Assembly: GCA_037447605.1 (NCBI GenBank)
Contig: CM074813.1
Coordinates: 124,001 to 188,000 of the forward strand
Direction: 5' to 3'
DNA: 64,000 nucleotides
DNA from: Zygnema circumcarinatum SAG 698-1b
Lineage: Eukaryota; Plantae; Zygnematophyceae
Positions 1 to 13,192 of this stretch are shown one piece after another. Every line of letters begins with the position of its first letter. The first letter of the stretch is position 1. The notes below the pieces were generated by a model that saw nothing but the letters and a program-made list of their open reading frames with translations, was not told the origin of the DNA and did no database searches. A program made the position numbers and the translations under genes.

Positions 1-353
1 ACGCTTCTTACAAGAACAATTCGTTCCGTAACACCAATGTAAATTTCATAGGCTCCTTTCAGAAACGAAAAAACTATTCAAGGAGCAGAAACAAGAGATT
101 AGCTGAAGTAACAGGCAACGAGGCTAGATGAAAAGGTAGCAGGGACAGATACATTTATATTGACGACTACTTTCTACTTGCTGCAGTCGTTGAGAGAGAC
201 TGTGAAGAACAAGGAGCTGCACGACGCATGAGGGCTTCATAATAAGGCAGCAGGTGGCATCTCTTGTTTCTTACGAACGAACTCCTTCCTAGCATATTAG
301 CTTCAACGCAGCTTTTGAGAATACGATATTGGGGTCTGCTCGCTGCTTACATT

Positions 354-3300
354 ATGCCGCGTTCAGCAAAATCAAAAACCGAAGAGGAAGGTGTTGCTGG
401 GCAAATGGAGTGGGAGCCGATGAAGGAAAATATGCAACCCTCAAATAAGGAACGCACTGCAGAGGATTTTCGCCTCTCCGTAAAGCGAAAGCATGATGGA
501 AGTCATGAATCCGGCTTTGAAGATGATCGAAGGTACTTTGCACAGCACAGTTTGGACAAAATTATTCGGGACTAGAGGCTCGTTTCTGGAATGAAGCAAA
601 CGATTTTGATGATATTTGGACGTTGTCAGTTTTCTGTGATTTTAGGCTGTTTCTTTTCCTTAAGTAGCTTGAAAGCCTAAGTTTTGGAAGGGCGTGAAAG
701 GCACATACACGTTAGTAAAACCGGAGAATACGAGAATAGTACGTGTCTCGAGATCAAACTGGTTTTGCTGTAGTTGGCAGTGCGTTGGAATTGTGAGTTG
801 AGTGCAAGTGATCATTTTTAAACCACCCTTCGTGACCAATTTAGTCAGGGCAGACACTTGGATGAACGAAAAGGCTGGAAACTCGTTTAGAACAGCTGTT
901 AATGGCTTCAAGTAGCACACGATCTTCTACGGTTAACCACTTGGCGATACGTGGAAACTCATTCTTTGCTGTACTCGCAGGGCGCTTGTGAACGCCATAG
1001 ACAACTATGTCGGAGACGACCCCCTCAAGCCATGGTTAAGGTTTGTGCAGAATTAGCTTGTTGCTGCTTGTTAATGTTTACAGTAGTATATAGCAGTCTC
1101 GGTCTGTTAGTATTGTCTTTTTGCTGGTTGGCTTTTTGAGTTACTGCTCTCAAACTGAGTGCTTTAATGCGCAGACCGGATCATTCGCATTTTTTCCGTA
1201 ATTGTAAGCACGGTTTACCTCTTTCCTTTATTCCTCCATTCTGCCCCCCTCTCTCCATCCAATATCAGTTATGTATCTTCCGTTCTGAATAGGTCTTGCT
1301 GCTTCACCCCTATCTCCCTCTCTGCTGTTCTCTCTCTCCCCCGCCCCCCAGAACTTCTGAAACAAATGTTCACCTTGTCTTTGCTCGCGCAGGTACATCA
1401 AATGGATTAAGCAGTCATTTGCTTCCTCCTGTAAACGTGAACTCCTTCCAGTTGTGGAAAGGTGCACAGAAACTTTTAAGGATGATCCGAGATACAAGGA
1501 TGATCCTCGATATCTACGGGTCTGGATTCAGTATGTAAGTGCCATAGCAGTTACATAGCAGTCATCACATCGTTTTATCTTAGCATGACAGTGAAGCCCT
1601 CCTAGGACTTCATCCACCAAGATGTCCATTGTGTTTCGTTTGCTTCAATTCTGACTTTGGAAATCTTATCATCTTCAGGCTGATTGCCTCCCAGACCCAC
1701 GTGAACTCTTCATACTTTTGGAGGGCAAGGACATTGGGCAGAGTCATGCTTTATACTATGAGGCGAAAGCCTCGTACCAGGAACGTAATCGGAATTTTGC
1801 TAAAGCAAAACAAACAATTCAGGCAGGGATTGCTCGGTGAGTTAAGCATGTGATGCTTCTCATTGACATAAGTTACAATGGTGCGGTTGTCCTTTAACTT
1901 CAGGGGTGCACGTTTTCCTTCAAAATGTTACTGAGTTATACAGTTCCCCTCAGCAATTTTTTGTGATGCTACTTATCATCATGTCCTCGTTTTCCAGGGG
2001 TGCTGAACCTCTTTCACGACTTTCAGACATGCAAAAGAACTTCGAGGATCGCATGGAGAAAAGGATTTTGAGGGAAATGGAGGTAAATATAAATATTTCC
2101 GAGCAGCTGTCCGTGGTTGTATGTTTATGTACGACTTTTTTCAGCAGATGCTTGTTTCTGAGCATTGCAATTGCAGCTGATATAGCTCAAATCGGTGCTT
2201 TTCCAAAAGGTGCCGCTGTAATTTGACGAATCTTTACTAGCTTCCAAGATTTCATCCTTGTAACTCAAACCAGTCTTGGAATGCAGAAAAGTAAAGTACG
2301 CATGTCGGAGTGGAGACTTGGAGAAGCGGATTCTATTCATTCCAGGTCTGGGGAGAATCTGCCGCCGCAGTGGCAAGGTAACAGTAGAAAAATTTAGTGG
2401 TGCTCGCGAGTGGACAATGGCAATGGCGTTGAGAATGAATGCCCCCCCCTTCCCCCCCCCTCCCCCAAAACCCCCACTCACCCCCCTTTCTCTCCCTCCC
2501 TCTCCTCCATCCCTCTGTTTGCGCTTTGTAACTTTCCAATCGCGTCGTTCATTCACGCAGACGTATGCTGATATTGGAGAGTTGTGACAAGTTCCTCTGT
2601 TCCTCTGTTTTATCTCACCTTCCAGGTCAACGCACAGAGCGAACTTCCAAACAAATAAGTCTGCGACAGACAACAGCTGCCCATGTAAAACATGCATCCG
2701 GGTGCGTGTCCCGACTTCCAAAGCTCCTTAGGTGTGGAGGATTTTGAAACAAGAAACAAGTGGAGCACATTCACCTCCAGCCAAGTTTTGTAGCTCATCA
2801 ACTGATTTTCCGATTGATTAAACTTGGGTCCCTTTTCTCATTTGTCGCTAGCCATTTGAATGGCTTATGTGCGTGTGCAGGACGCAAACTACGCTGGGTG
2901 TGCATGGGCAGCCAATCGCTCAAGGGGGCCCAAAGTTTGACTCGGAAGTGGGAGACATGCCTTTTCCCTCCCTCAGGACTCAAGTTGGAAGAACGAAAGG
3001 AATTCATGGTCAGGATAAGCTATCCCAGGCAGTTGACTTCTCAAACCTTTCACGAGCTACTATGGTAAAAGATATCTGTCAGAACTCTGCTTCAGTTGCA
3101 AACGAAAGCTTGGAACGCAGCTCAAGTCTGGTATCAGATGAACGACGGCTTGCTTGTGATCCCGACATTCTCCTCCATAGTGGAATTGAAGTTTGTGACA
3201 AAGACGCGCGCCTTCAAAAGATAATGGAGAAGAAAAATTTCATGGACTCATCAGGCGCTAATAAGTCTGCAATATGCCAGAAAGTGGACTGCAACATGGA

Positions 3301-6300
3301 AGAGTCAAACGAGGCATCTAAACATGATTCTGATCTTGCATCTGAAGGAGCACCTTGCTCCCTGCTGCTAGCACGCTTCAGTTCTGCTGAAGCCGTTGAA
3401 GCGGATGATGCTGCCAGAAGAAGTGATGTAGATTTCAGATTGAACAGTGCATCCGATAGATTTGGGACTGGACATATTCGAGACCAGCTCGTTCTGTCAA
3501 ATTCTGAAATTCCCAGAGAAGAAGCTGGTCAGCAGACTGTGTCTCAGATGGATGGGGAGGTGAAGATGACCGTACGCAAGACATTTGGGGGACCTATATC
3601 ATCTATTGGTGCTAAAGAGAATTACTCAGGCGGTACTCTTCAAAGGAGTACGGACGGGCGACACTCTGATCTTCGGGATCCCACCATCAGTACTAAAGAA
3701 GCTCTTGCAGATATCTTATCTATGTTCAACAAACCGTTGCATTGTGTGGAAGGACCTTTCAAGAAGCAAAAGCATCAAGAACTTTGCGAGGGGCGCGCAA
3801 AGCGGAGAACAGACTCTGCTGAACGCTTTGATATATTTCATGATGATGGGAAAAGGTCGGAAGATCGCAAGGCGCAGGGAGCGGTGTTTTCGGTTGAAGA
3901 GTTTGAACAAAGTGAAAGTGAAAGCTTGCAGCCAGCAGTGGGAGTTTTATCCAGCGAAACTGTGGCAAAGAACCAAATAAATGTGACAAAGGAAAATTCC
4001 AGATCAAGCCAGGCAGAAGCAGATGCACTACAATGCGATACTTTCGATTCCGATGAAGAGAACCGACCGCCACCTGGTACAGCGGAGGATTTTAATCACC
4101 CTCCTATGCGAAAGCTCAAGCTTTTTGAGGCAAGTAACTTGAACTTTGGATTTGGCTTGACTTCTGGTCTACGATAACGAAGGCATATAGGAGAAGGCAG
4201 ATGACGGCAACGGTAGACACAAACTGAGGGCAAGGGGTGGCGGGGGGAGAGAAGAAGTGTGTGTGTGTGTGAGAGAGAGAGAGAGGGAGTGTATTTATGT
4301 GCTTGATTTACCATGTTTTCACTACCTATCTGAAATTAAAAGTGCCTTAGCATTTGGAAAGCTAAGAAGTTATGTCATATTCTGAACTCAAGACATCATC
4401 TATTTTTCATTTTTTTTTTTTCGAAATGCATTGCAACTATCCACTCTTGAACAGTGAACCGGATTAGTTTGAAGTTGTCGAAGCATTGCAGCTAAATTTA
4501 CTGGCCACCGACTTGGAATGGCTGGTTCAGAACGCAAGGCTGCAACCCTTTACTGAATTATTACAGGAGCAGTTCAAGGCAGAGGATTCAGATACATCGC
4601 TTTCAAACGAGGTGGCGGAGGAAGCGGATCGCGTAGAGGCTGCAGAAGAAAGCGTGAGGAGAATGTAGGTGGCAAGTGCTGTTCACATGTCTCTTTGCAC
4701 TCTGGCCCTCCTGCAGGTCTCCCTTCTTTAGCAGTTAGACATCTGCAATCTGTACTCGGCAAGGCTCAAATATTGTGGCAAGCTCACGAAAGATCCAATC
4801 AGACACTTACAACTCGGTTGCCATCTTGTTATTTCAACTAAGGAAGTCGAAAGTTTTTTCAACAAGACACTAGCTAAGGAAAAAAAGACTGGTTTTGACC
4901 GAAACCAGCAATAAGCTTAAGGAAAATGATGATGAATTAATTTGCATGCAGGAGATTTCATCATGCTAAGGTCCTGTTGCCTTTGTGGAGACCGTTCATT
5001 ACCTTCGTTTTGAAACCATGCAATGAACGTCGTAAACCAAGTGTTGTGTTCTGTATTTTGACGGCAAATAGAGCCGTTGGCTGTGTTCCAGGCTTCTTGA
5101 TAATATGAAGGACGACTTCACTGTGTGGCCGGATGGGCTGCCGGAGGAGGGAGACCGGCGAGGAGGAGGAAGAGGGAGGGGGACCTTTTCGGAATCTCGC
5201 GCAGAATGGATGCAGAAGCCGGTATGTAGAGATCGTCTACATGCTAGAAACTCCAAGTTTTTCTGTTTCAAACCTTCAAAGCTTTGGCACTTGAGACAAT
5301 GCCCTCACTTCAAGGTTCTTAGTGCACTTTCGCTCCAAGAACTTTTTTTCTTGCTGATGTCGTCTGAACCGTGGAATGCTCTACTGTGGCTTACAGGATG
5401 TGTTTCCTGATGGAGAACCAATCACAATAGATCCCTGGAAGCAGACAGTCATGGAAGATTTGCTTGCTCAAGCAATTCCACCATTGTATTCTTATGAGGT
5501 AAACCTTATCAGCTGAAGTTTCGGCTAAAAATTCTTGCAGGAACACTCCTCTCTAATAAGGTAGACACTTGGCAATCTAATTCAGCGGCTAACTTCATTT
5601 AGGAATGTTGCAGATGTACAGAGATTGCCGACATGAGGCCCTTGCAGAGTTTCCAAAGCACTTCACAAAAAAGCGCTCGATGGCTCGAACATTCATTAAG
5701 CTCGGTGCGATTACTCACCCGTTTCTTTATAAGCACGCACGAACATGAAATCGGAAATGAGGTCAAAGCGCCTTATTTTTTCCTTATAAGTTCGCTCTCA
5801 AGGAAATCATGTTTCTTTCCCCCAACTTTTTCAGTCTGAGAAGCATTGAGTCACATACTTTGTTCCCTGTCTCCTTTTAAGTGAAAGAAAGGCCAAGACC
5901 ATTGGTTCTTCGGAACCTTGACCTTGGGTTTTTTTTAAATTTCAAAATTCAATGGCGCAGGTGACGAAATCTACATGGTGACGGCGCTTTTGGGGCAAGG
6001 CTCTTTTGCGCACATATACCATGCCTCCCTGTGCCACGTCAGCAATGATGACGACACTGCTTCGTGGATGGATGAGCGCGGCTGCGCTCTGAAAGTAAGG
6101 GCTTTCATGCGATCGGTTCGCGTTCATGTTTTCTTCGAGTGTGATGAGCCATAGCTTAGTTCACACACTCGCTTGTTAGAAAGACGAACGTGCCGGTTGC
6201 ATCCATGGTTCGTTAGGCATGAATGTACAAACAGGCACATGCATTGAGAGCACTTCAACAGGCAAATCGACGGCACGTCAAGGTATCTGGGGTAGAAGAT

Positions 6301-8668
6301 TGAAATTATTGACTATCATCTCTGGTAACATTGGTGAGAGGGGCTGCATATGATGGCAGGTACAACGCCCAGCTTGTCTTTGGGAGTTCTACATTTATTG
6401 CCAGCTCGATTACAGGATTCCCACTTCAGAGGTGAGTGGAGAAGGACCATGCATCTGAGACTATCGATGACTTAAAATTTCGCTCCATGGACAGACTTCG
6501 GCTGTACTGCACCAAGAACGAGGAGCTTTAACTGATCGCTTTCCGTCGGTCTGCTGTGCAGCGAGCCTCCTATGGTCAAGCTCACAGCTTTTACCATTAT
6601 GCGGACAGCAGCGTTCTGGTTTGTGACTTGAAAGAGAACGGATCACTGCAGGTAGCTCTTACATGACCCTTCCGCAGGAAAATTGGTCATGTGAAGTCCA
6701 TCTGCCGTCTGCACGAATATACTGTGTAACCCTGCAGGTTTATGTTGAAATACTTTCGCAAAAAGTGAGTTGCTTGTTTCTCACCACGGCTGAATGAGAA
6801 GTTACTTTGTCAGAAACACTAAAATAACGATCAATGCGTGTACACGAACGTTCTTCCATGTGATCAAACTGGACCTGCGATGTGCAGGATGCCCTAAATG
6901 CTCATCTGGCCAACGGGCTGCACATGCACGAAGATCTGTGTATTTTTTACACGATTGAAATGCTCAGGATTCTTGAAATCCTTCATTCAGTTCACATCAT
7001 CCACGGGGATTTCAAGCCAGACAACCTTCTGATTCGTGATGTTGAAAGGTAGAATGTGGCCTGTATGTTTTCAAAATATCTGATTTCTTGCATGAACACG
7101 AAGGGGTGCCAAATCTTTTTTTTGCTTGCTTTACGGCAGACTACTTCACGAATACAAACATTATTCAACATTCCTCACGCTGCCTGCATACCCCAGTCTA
7201 TCCCCATACAAATATCTCCTGGTCATGATGGCATTATGCAAAACAAGTACAGTGAAACTCTCGCTTGAACTCCACTCTGCCAAATTAGGTTTGCATCGCA
7301 GTATACAGCATAGTTATCCAGTCTCCCAGTGTCACACATGTCACCGTTTTGCGAGTAGTAACTGTTTGATGGAATGCTGAACTCACCTGTTTCACTGCCC
7401 GTATATGCCCTCTGCAGTGACGAACGGCAGCCCTGGTCGCCATCGAGGCCCGGTTCCTGGATGCATAAGGTACAACATCTGCCGTGAGCATAACAATCCT
7501 TTCTAAATAAATATTTTTTTAAAGGTAGAGAGAGTGTGTGGGATAGAGAGTGTTTCGCAGGACAAGCCATTCATACGTCAATAGCCTGGGAAAGGACTAA
7601 TCATGCCTTTTGCTGCCAAATTGACTGAACGCCATTTAGCTCTTTTTACTAGACTAACGTATCACACTGATCAAAAGATTGACCTAAATGAACGTTTTAG
7701 TCCCTAATAGATATGCCTATAGAGAGTGGGTAGTAGTATACTGCCTTCCAAAAAAATCAGCTTGCTGTGAGCACACACTCGTTCAATACCTTCATTTGGG
7801 TCGTAATAGTCAACTTCCATAACTTATGATGCGTTTATGCCTGTGCAGGGTTTGTGCCTGGTTGATTGGGGTCGCAGTATTGACTTAGCCCGCTTTCCAA
7901 AAGGCAGCACCTGCCAAGGAGACAACAAGACCACCTCCTTTCGCTGCATTGAGATGATTGACGGGCGGCCATGGACATACCAGGTAAGGATCTTGTCTCA
8001 GAATGTTTTCTTCCATTTTGTTTTTCAAGTTCCATCTCCTTTTTCTATTCGTTGAAAACTCCCAGTCAGTCTTTCCCGGCGTTTGGAATGCTGATGCTTT
8101 CTCTCTGACGTATGATGGAGGCAAATTGTGTGGATGACAAGCGAGCGTGGATGTGGGAATGCAGACGGACATGTACGGGCTGTGCGGCGTGGTCCACTGC
8201 ATGCTCCACGGCAGTTACATGGAAGTGCAAACCTCCGTTGGGCAATCAGGAAAGCACATCTACTCTCCGCGAGCTCAATTAAAAAGGTGAGGAACACCAA
8301 ACTATCTCTGTCGTGAAGCAGGTTTTACATGCAAATGAAGGCATGACTGATGGATGCGTGGCATGAACATTTGTGACTGATAGATACGTACGAACAAGAT
8401 TTCCCTCGTAAATGGTGGTCCGATTTACTGTGGTTTTGCAAATCGGGTCTCCAGGTACATGAAGAAGGAATTGTGGGACTTGTTATTCAACACTCTGCTC
8501 AACATTGACGATTGCACGTCCCTTCCGCCGCTGGCACCTCTGCGCCGAATCTTCGAGGGACACCTTGAGAGCCGTTCACAAAATCTCAACTCGTTGCGAC
8601 TCGTCTTGATGAAACAGAATGCTTTGATCCATGACTACTTGAAGAGTAGACCGTCAGACGTACAGTGA
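354..8668 (+). CDS. BUB1: Spindle checkpoint kinase BUB1/BubR1 (full-length MadBub type), multi-exon
   Basis: Exon 1 from ATG 354 encodes EWEPMKENMQP (KEN box). Next exons give RALVNAIDNYVGDDPLKPWL and YIKWIKQ...DDPRYLRVWIQY (Mad3/Bub1 TPR domain). Large exon 2867-4177 contains DPTISTKEALADILSMFNKPL (CDI-like) and FDIFHDD (ABBA-like). Kinase exons: LGQGSFAHIY, HGDFKPDN, LVDWGRSIDL, DMYGLCGVVHCMLHG. Stop at 8666-8668. Confidence 0.9.
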
Positions 8669-9659
8669 TTTGAAGCCTGCCGAGTCGAGTACAGCATGGA
8701 TTCGCTTTGACCGGGAGAGTACAGTCGTGTTACACACCTGCCGCTTGCAGTTGGAGATTGGGAGATCAAACAGTTGTTGGAGGTGACATGACATGAACGT
8801 GGTCGTGGTTTGACGTGCCCGCCTGAAGGCAAGTAGTCGCGGTAGCTCACTCTAGGGACGAGACATGGACGACAATCATAAAGTTCACGTAGGTGAAGAT
8901 AAAGTGGCCAGTCGCCGCGTGCATGTGTAGTGTCCCTATCCGCTTATCAGTAACCTAAAGTGTGACTTGCGTGCGAACCATCGCAGTCGGACAATTAACA
9001 TTCCCGATCATAATGATATTTGCGTGATGTGGAAGACAGGGAAAATGGTATTGATCTCACGATGGCGAGGCCATCAAATGACAAAAGCAGCATGTGGAAC
9101 CACAAGGGACTGGTCGCAAAGGACCTTAGCACAAAAGAAAAAAGCTAAGAGCGGAAAACTACGCATAGGCGCAACAACGCAGCCCTAAAAGCAGCCGCGA
9201 AGGTCACCAATGTGTGGCACATCGCGTCGAAAATGATGATGTGATGGTGATGTGGATGTTGGAGAATCCACGAGGAAACGTGTCCAATACCATGAAAGCT
9301 GCTCGTGCCGCCAACAAGCCCTTGAAGCGCCGTCCCTCGCGAGTGTGAGACCCGTAGAACTGAACCCGCCCCGCCCCCTCCAGCACCAGTTTGAACGAGC
9401 CATGCCCTCCTCCATGCCCGCCCATCCCCCCATCCGCCCATGCCATCACCATCATCATCATGCGCCATGCGGCCATGCCACCACTCATGTCATATCCGTA
9501 CGCCAAATCTGATCTCCGTACATCTCCCCGCATCATCCGATCTCGCCCGCGGCCCTCGCCCGCCCGCGCCCCTCCAATTATGCGCCATCCGTCGGAGGAT
9601 GGCGAGATCGACGGCTCTCCGACGACCACGCCATCACCTAATGTTCAGCTTTCCGTATC

Positions 9660-9900
9660 CTGGCGCCACGTGTCCTCCACCTGCCGCCCGGGCGGCCGTA
9701 CGTCCCTGGATCCGGACAGGCCCCCGTCGGCGATCATATGCGATCTGGGCACTTTTCAGCGAACCTTCCCCGCCACGTGGCGCCACGTGGTGGCCCGTCC
9801 GCCCACCCGCGCCGCCGTGCGGCCAATGGGAGCGCGCCGCGGCCCGTCCGTACATATAATGCCGCGCGCGGAGCCCCGGCGAGTCCGTGCCACGTGGTGG
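9660..9900 (+). promoter_or_regulatory. G-box/ABRE cluster upstream of the AP2/ERF gene
   Basis: CACGTG at 9667, 9774, 9784 and 9891, including a tandem (CGCCACGTGG)x2 at 9771-9790. CCAAT near 9823 and TATA-like TACATATAAT near 9851. A GA-rich leader (10010-10120) precedes the ATG. Confidence 0.6.
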
Positions 9901-10125
9901 CCGTGCATTATTCGGGGCGGGCGCCGTACGGCCCCCGCCCGGACGCCCGCAATAAGGCGGCGCGACGCGCGCAGTAGAAGGCGCGGGGCCGCGTGGCCGC
10001 CCAGGGGACGAGCGAGAGGGAGGGAGCGAGAGGGAGTGTGCGCAGAGAGAAGGAGAGAGAGAAAGAGGGAGAGAGAGAGAGAAAGAGAGAGAGAAGACAA
10101 AGGAAATAGGAGGAGGAAGAGCACA

Positions 10126-11919
10126 ATGATGGTGATGCCGGAGTTCCGGCACAGTCAGGCAGACTCTGCCAGCTGGCCGCAGCTCCCTCGGGGGTATGGA
10201 GCTGCCGGCCCTCCGGACGCGCTTGCTGCGCTGAAGGAGGAGCCATCCGGCGGCATGGCGGCGCCGCCCTGCGCCCCGCAAACGCAGTGGCGCGAGGTGC
10301 GGCCGAAGGGTGTGGTCCCCGCGGGGCCGGGCTGGATGGACCCGCTGCAGGCGGCGATGTTCGCGCGCGGCGGGGCCTTCCCCGACCTCGCGCTCTTCCA
10401 GACGCGCATGGGCGCGCACGGCTACCGCGGGCCGGGGATGATGGCGTCGGCCAAAAAGCGGAAGCTCAAGAAGAAGAACAGCGACGCCAATAGATGTCGG
10501 GGGGTGCGGCAGAGGCACTGGGGGAAGTGGGTGGCAGAAATTCGGTATCCGGGGAAGAAGGCGAGGCTGTGGCTGGGGACGTTCGATACCGCCGAGGAGG
10601 CCGTGCAGGCGTACGAGGATGCAGCGAAGCAGCTCAACATTCCGCTGGATGACAAGAAGGCGAAGCAGGATCAGAAGAAGATCGACAGAGAGAAGAAGAC
10701 CGAGGCAATTCTGAAGGAGCAGAAGCAGGAGGGCTTGAAGGGGGTGGTGGGGAGAGAAATGCAGACGACAGATGAAAATGTTGGAGAGTCAGAGATTTTG
10801 GATATGGAGGATGAAGGCGGAGAGGATGATGACGAGAGGGAGCTGCTCGACGTGTTCGAGTATGACCTAGTTGGCGAGTCGGGCGAGACGAGTGTGTGTG
10901 CTACAGCTGGCAGCTTGTTGGGAGAGAGTGACACGCCCCGATCTGTCGACACTTCGCGATCGACAGTGACAAGCTCTAGCACGCCCTCAGACAGCTACAG
11001 GAGGCTACAGCAGCAGCAGTCTCTGAGCTCCCGGCCAGACATGGACACCTTTTCGGAGAGTGCGCGAGCTTCAAGCAGCGGGGAGAGCTGCCACCCCGTT
11101 CAGGCTTCTCGAGCTTCAGCAATTGCGGACACGTGGGATGACCTGATTGGCCCCTGGGCAGCTGCTGCTTCCCTCTTGCCGCCAGCTGAGGGAGGCGGCG
11201 CGCCGCACATGTCGCCAGGGGACGGAGGCGCGTCCTCCTCGGCCTCCTGGCAGGAAATGGCCAAACTCGTCATGGGGGATTCGGGGTTGGACTTTGACGG
11301 GACCCCGCTGTGCCTGTCCGACATGCTTCAAGGAGACGCTGGCAGCTGCCCGCTGGACGACCTCGGTTGCTTGTCAGAGCTGCAGGATAGTGACGAGTCA
11401 AATGAACCCATGAGGCTGGCAATGCAGCTCTTCGAGTCAGGAAGCGACGCCATGGAGGGGCTGTATGCGGAGGGGACTGCGGATGGAAGTCGGAATCCTC
11501 TCGGCATGTCTCTTGCTGCCACGTGGCCCGATCAAATCGGAAATCACCCTCTCGCCTTCCAGCTTAGCGGCCTCGACGGATCGGGGCATCCCCCTCTTCC
11601 CGGCTACGACAGCAACGAGCCGGCGGAGCAGCCGCGAATAGAGGACTACTTCATTCAGTGCGACGATAGCCAGCGGCGGGAGGGGGGCGGGGCCGACATC
11701 GACCTCCTCCTCCTCGAGGGCTCGCGGAGTCTCCTCGAAGAGTTCGAGGGAATGGCGGACGGGCTGTCACCGCTGCGCGACCAGGAGCCGCCACCTGGCA
11801 TGGTGTCCGGCGAGCTTGCGTGGGCGATGCAGGTGCTGAACCCCCCCCCGGGGGCCAGTGACTCGCTGAGCTTTCTTCGCGCGCTCGAATGTGAAGAGGA
11901 CGACTTTCTGCTCTTTTGA
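10126..11919 (+). CDS. AP2/ERF transcription factor, DREB-subfamily-like, intronless (about 597 aa)
   Basis: Single AP2 domain [45 protein letters not shown] with Val at the DREB-diagnostic position 14. Basic [11 protein letters not shown] precedes it and a long acidic/Ser-rich C-terminus follows. ATG 10126 directly follows the GA-rich leader. Confidence 0.9.
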   Translation: MMVMPEFRHSQADSASWPQLPRGYGAAGPPDALAALKEEPSGGMAAPPCAPQTQWREVRPKGVVPAGPGWMDPLQAAMFARGGAFPDLALFQTRMGAHGYRGPGMMASAKKRKLKKKNSDANRCRGVRQRHWGKWVAEIRYPGKKARLWLGTFDTAEEAVQAYEDAAKQLNIPLDDKKAKQDQKKIDREKKTEAILKEQKQEGLKGVVGREMQTTDENVGESEILDMEDEGGEDDDERELLDVFEYDLVGESGETSVCATAGSLLGESDTPRSVDTSRSTVTSSSTPSDSYRRLQQQQSLSSRPDMDTFSESARASSSGESCHPVQASRASAIADTWDDLIGPWAAAASLLPPAEGGGAPHMSPGDGGASSSASWQEMAKLVMGDSGLDFDGTPLCLSDMLQGDAGSCPLDDLGCLSELQDSDESNEPMRLAMQLFESGSDAMEGLYAEGTADGSRNPLGMSLAATWPDQIGNHPLAFQLSGLDGSGHPPLPGYDSNEPAEQPRIEDYFIQCDDSQRREGGGADIDLLLLEGSRSLLEEFEGMADGLSPLRDQEPPPGMVSGELAWAMQVLNPPPGASDSLSFLRALECEEDDFLLF

Positions 11920-13192
11920 ACGAATTATTTTGGGTATGAGTGAGGGTTCGGATGCAGGCGTGCTGCCTGCCTTTGTAGATGAGGTCAATAAACTCTTTTA
12001 GCGTGTGAAATTCGGGCAATGACTGGCGTCCAGCAGCTCGCTGTACATTGTTGCATTGCTGGGTCGGAGCAGGCTCCGGCCAACGTTTTTTTACGTGTGG
12101 AAAGTACAGTTTCGGGTTATTAAGTCAAGGGGACGATAGGGTCTATGTAACATATAGGAATTGGAGGTAGCTTTAGAAGAGAGCGGGGGGGATCCTTGAA
12201 TGTCTGGCTGCTCCTCGGCAGCGCTTTGGAACGTGAGCGCTGACTCGACTCACTCAGACATTAGGGGACCTTCGGCTCACGTGGCCAGTCGGGGCTCGGG
12301 CTGCGCCCCGGAGAAACGTCGCTCTTCCGCTGCGGCAGCAGACGGAGATGATGGCAGGTTTTGTTCCACATGGGAAGCTGTTTCTCTTGCAGCTTTTCGT
12401 TCGCTTCCTCTGTAATTAAACCAAACTATAAATTTTTTGGCCTTCACAAAACTGCGCCGTGTTTTGTCAGTTTGTCTTCTGCCAAAGCCAAGACTTGAGA
12501 GTTCATTTATTCCGCACACTTGGACCCTTCTCTGTTTCACTGCAACAGCGTCATCCGTCAACCCGTGGTTTCAGAGTCGCACTTTCTCCCCATTGAACAC
12601 TACTATGGCTATTGAAGCTCCTTTTAGACGCGAACAACGCATATAATAACACCGCGAATGGCAAACGGAGGGGCTGAAAGGTAAACGAAAGCGCGCTGGT
12701 CTTCTTCAGAATTTCAACTTTTACTTAGTTGTGGAACAATAAATACAGTTGCATCAGTGGAACCTCCCTCGCCGCGCGCCTATCGAAAATCTAAAGCTTA
12801 AAACCATTCCAAGCTCAAAACTGGAAAGAGGCCTGCTCGCGCTCTGCCTCCTCTCGTGTCAGCTCTCATCCAGAGGGTCCGCCCACTCCTAAACTTGGCG
12901 CCCTCCTCAACCTTTTTACAGCGCAATCTTCTGCGCCATCTGCCTTTTAGCTGCCTCTTTTTGGAAGGGCGCATGACACGCCGCCACCATGTACAGGTTA
13001 CCCAAATAAATTCACTCTCAATGACAAAAGGCGCAACGTTTCTCCAACAATGCTAACGCATGCAATTTTTGCCAAAAAGACCTTTCAATCACTACGACTT
13101 AAATATACAAAAAAAGATGCCCTAAACTAAATCAGCCTATTCTCGACTGCAGCCTCGCTTAATGCCGCCTCTTGGCACCGACCACAAAAGGT

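Noticed and set aside
1890-1903. TCCTTTAAC near a 3' splice site, like a U12 branch point
   Set aside because: The matching donor is GTGATG, not RTATCCT, so it is most likely a U2 intron.
8850-9350. Short ORFs between BUB1 and the AP2 promoter
   Set aside because: No recognisable motif or consistent splice pattern. Likely 3'UTR or intergenic.
9391-10125. N-terminal 245-aa extension of the AP2 ORF in the ORF track
   Set aside because: Starts at a TTG and runs through the G-box promoter and GA-repeat leader. Open by chance in GC-rich DNA.
12170-12330. AGAAGAGAG resembling miR156
   Set aside because: Only a partial match and no extended fold-back partner.
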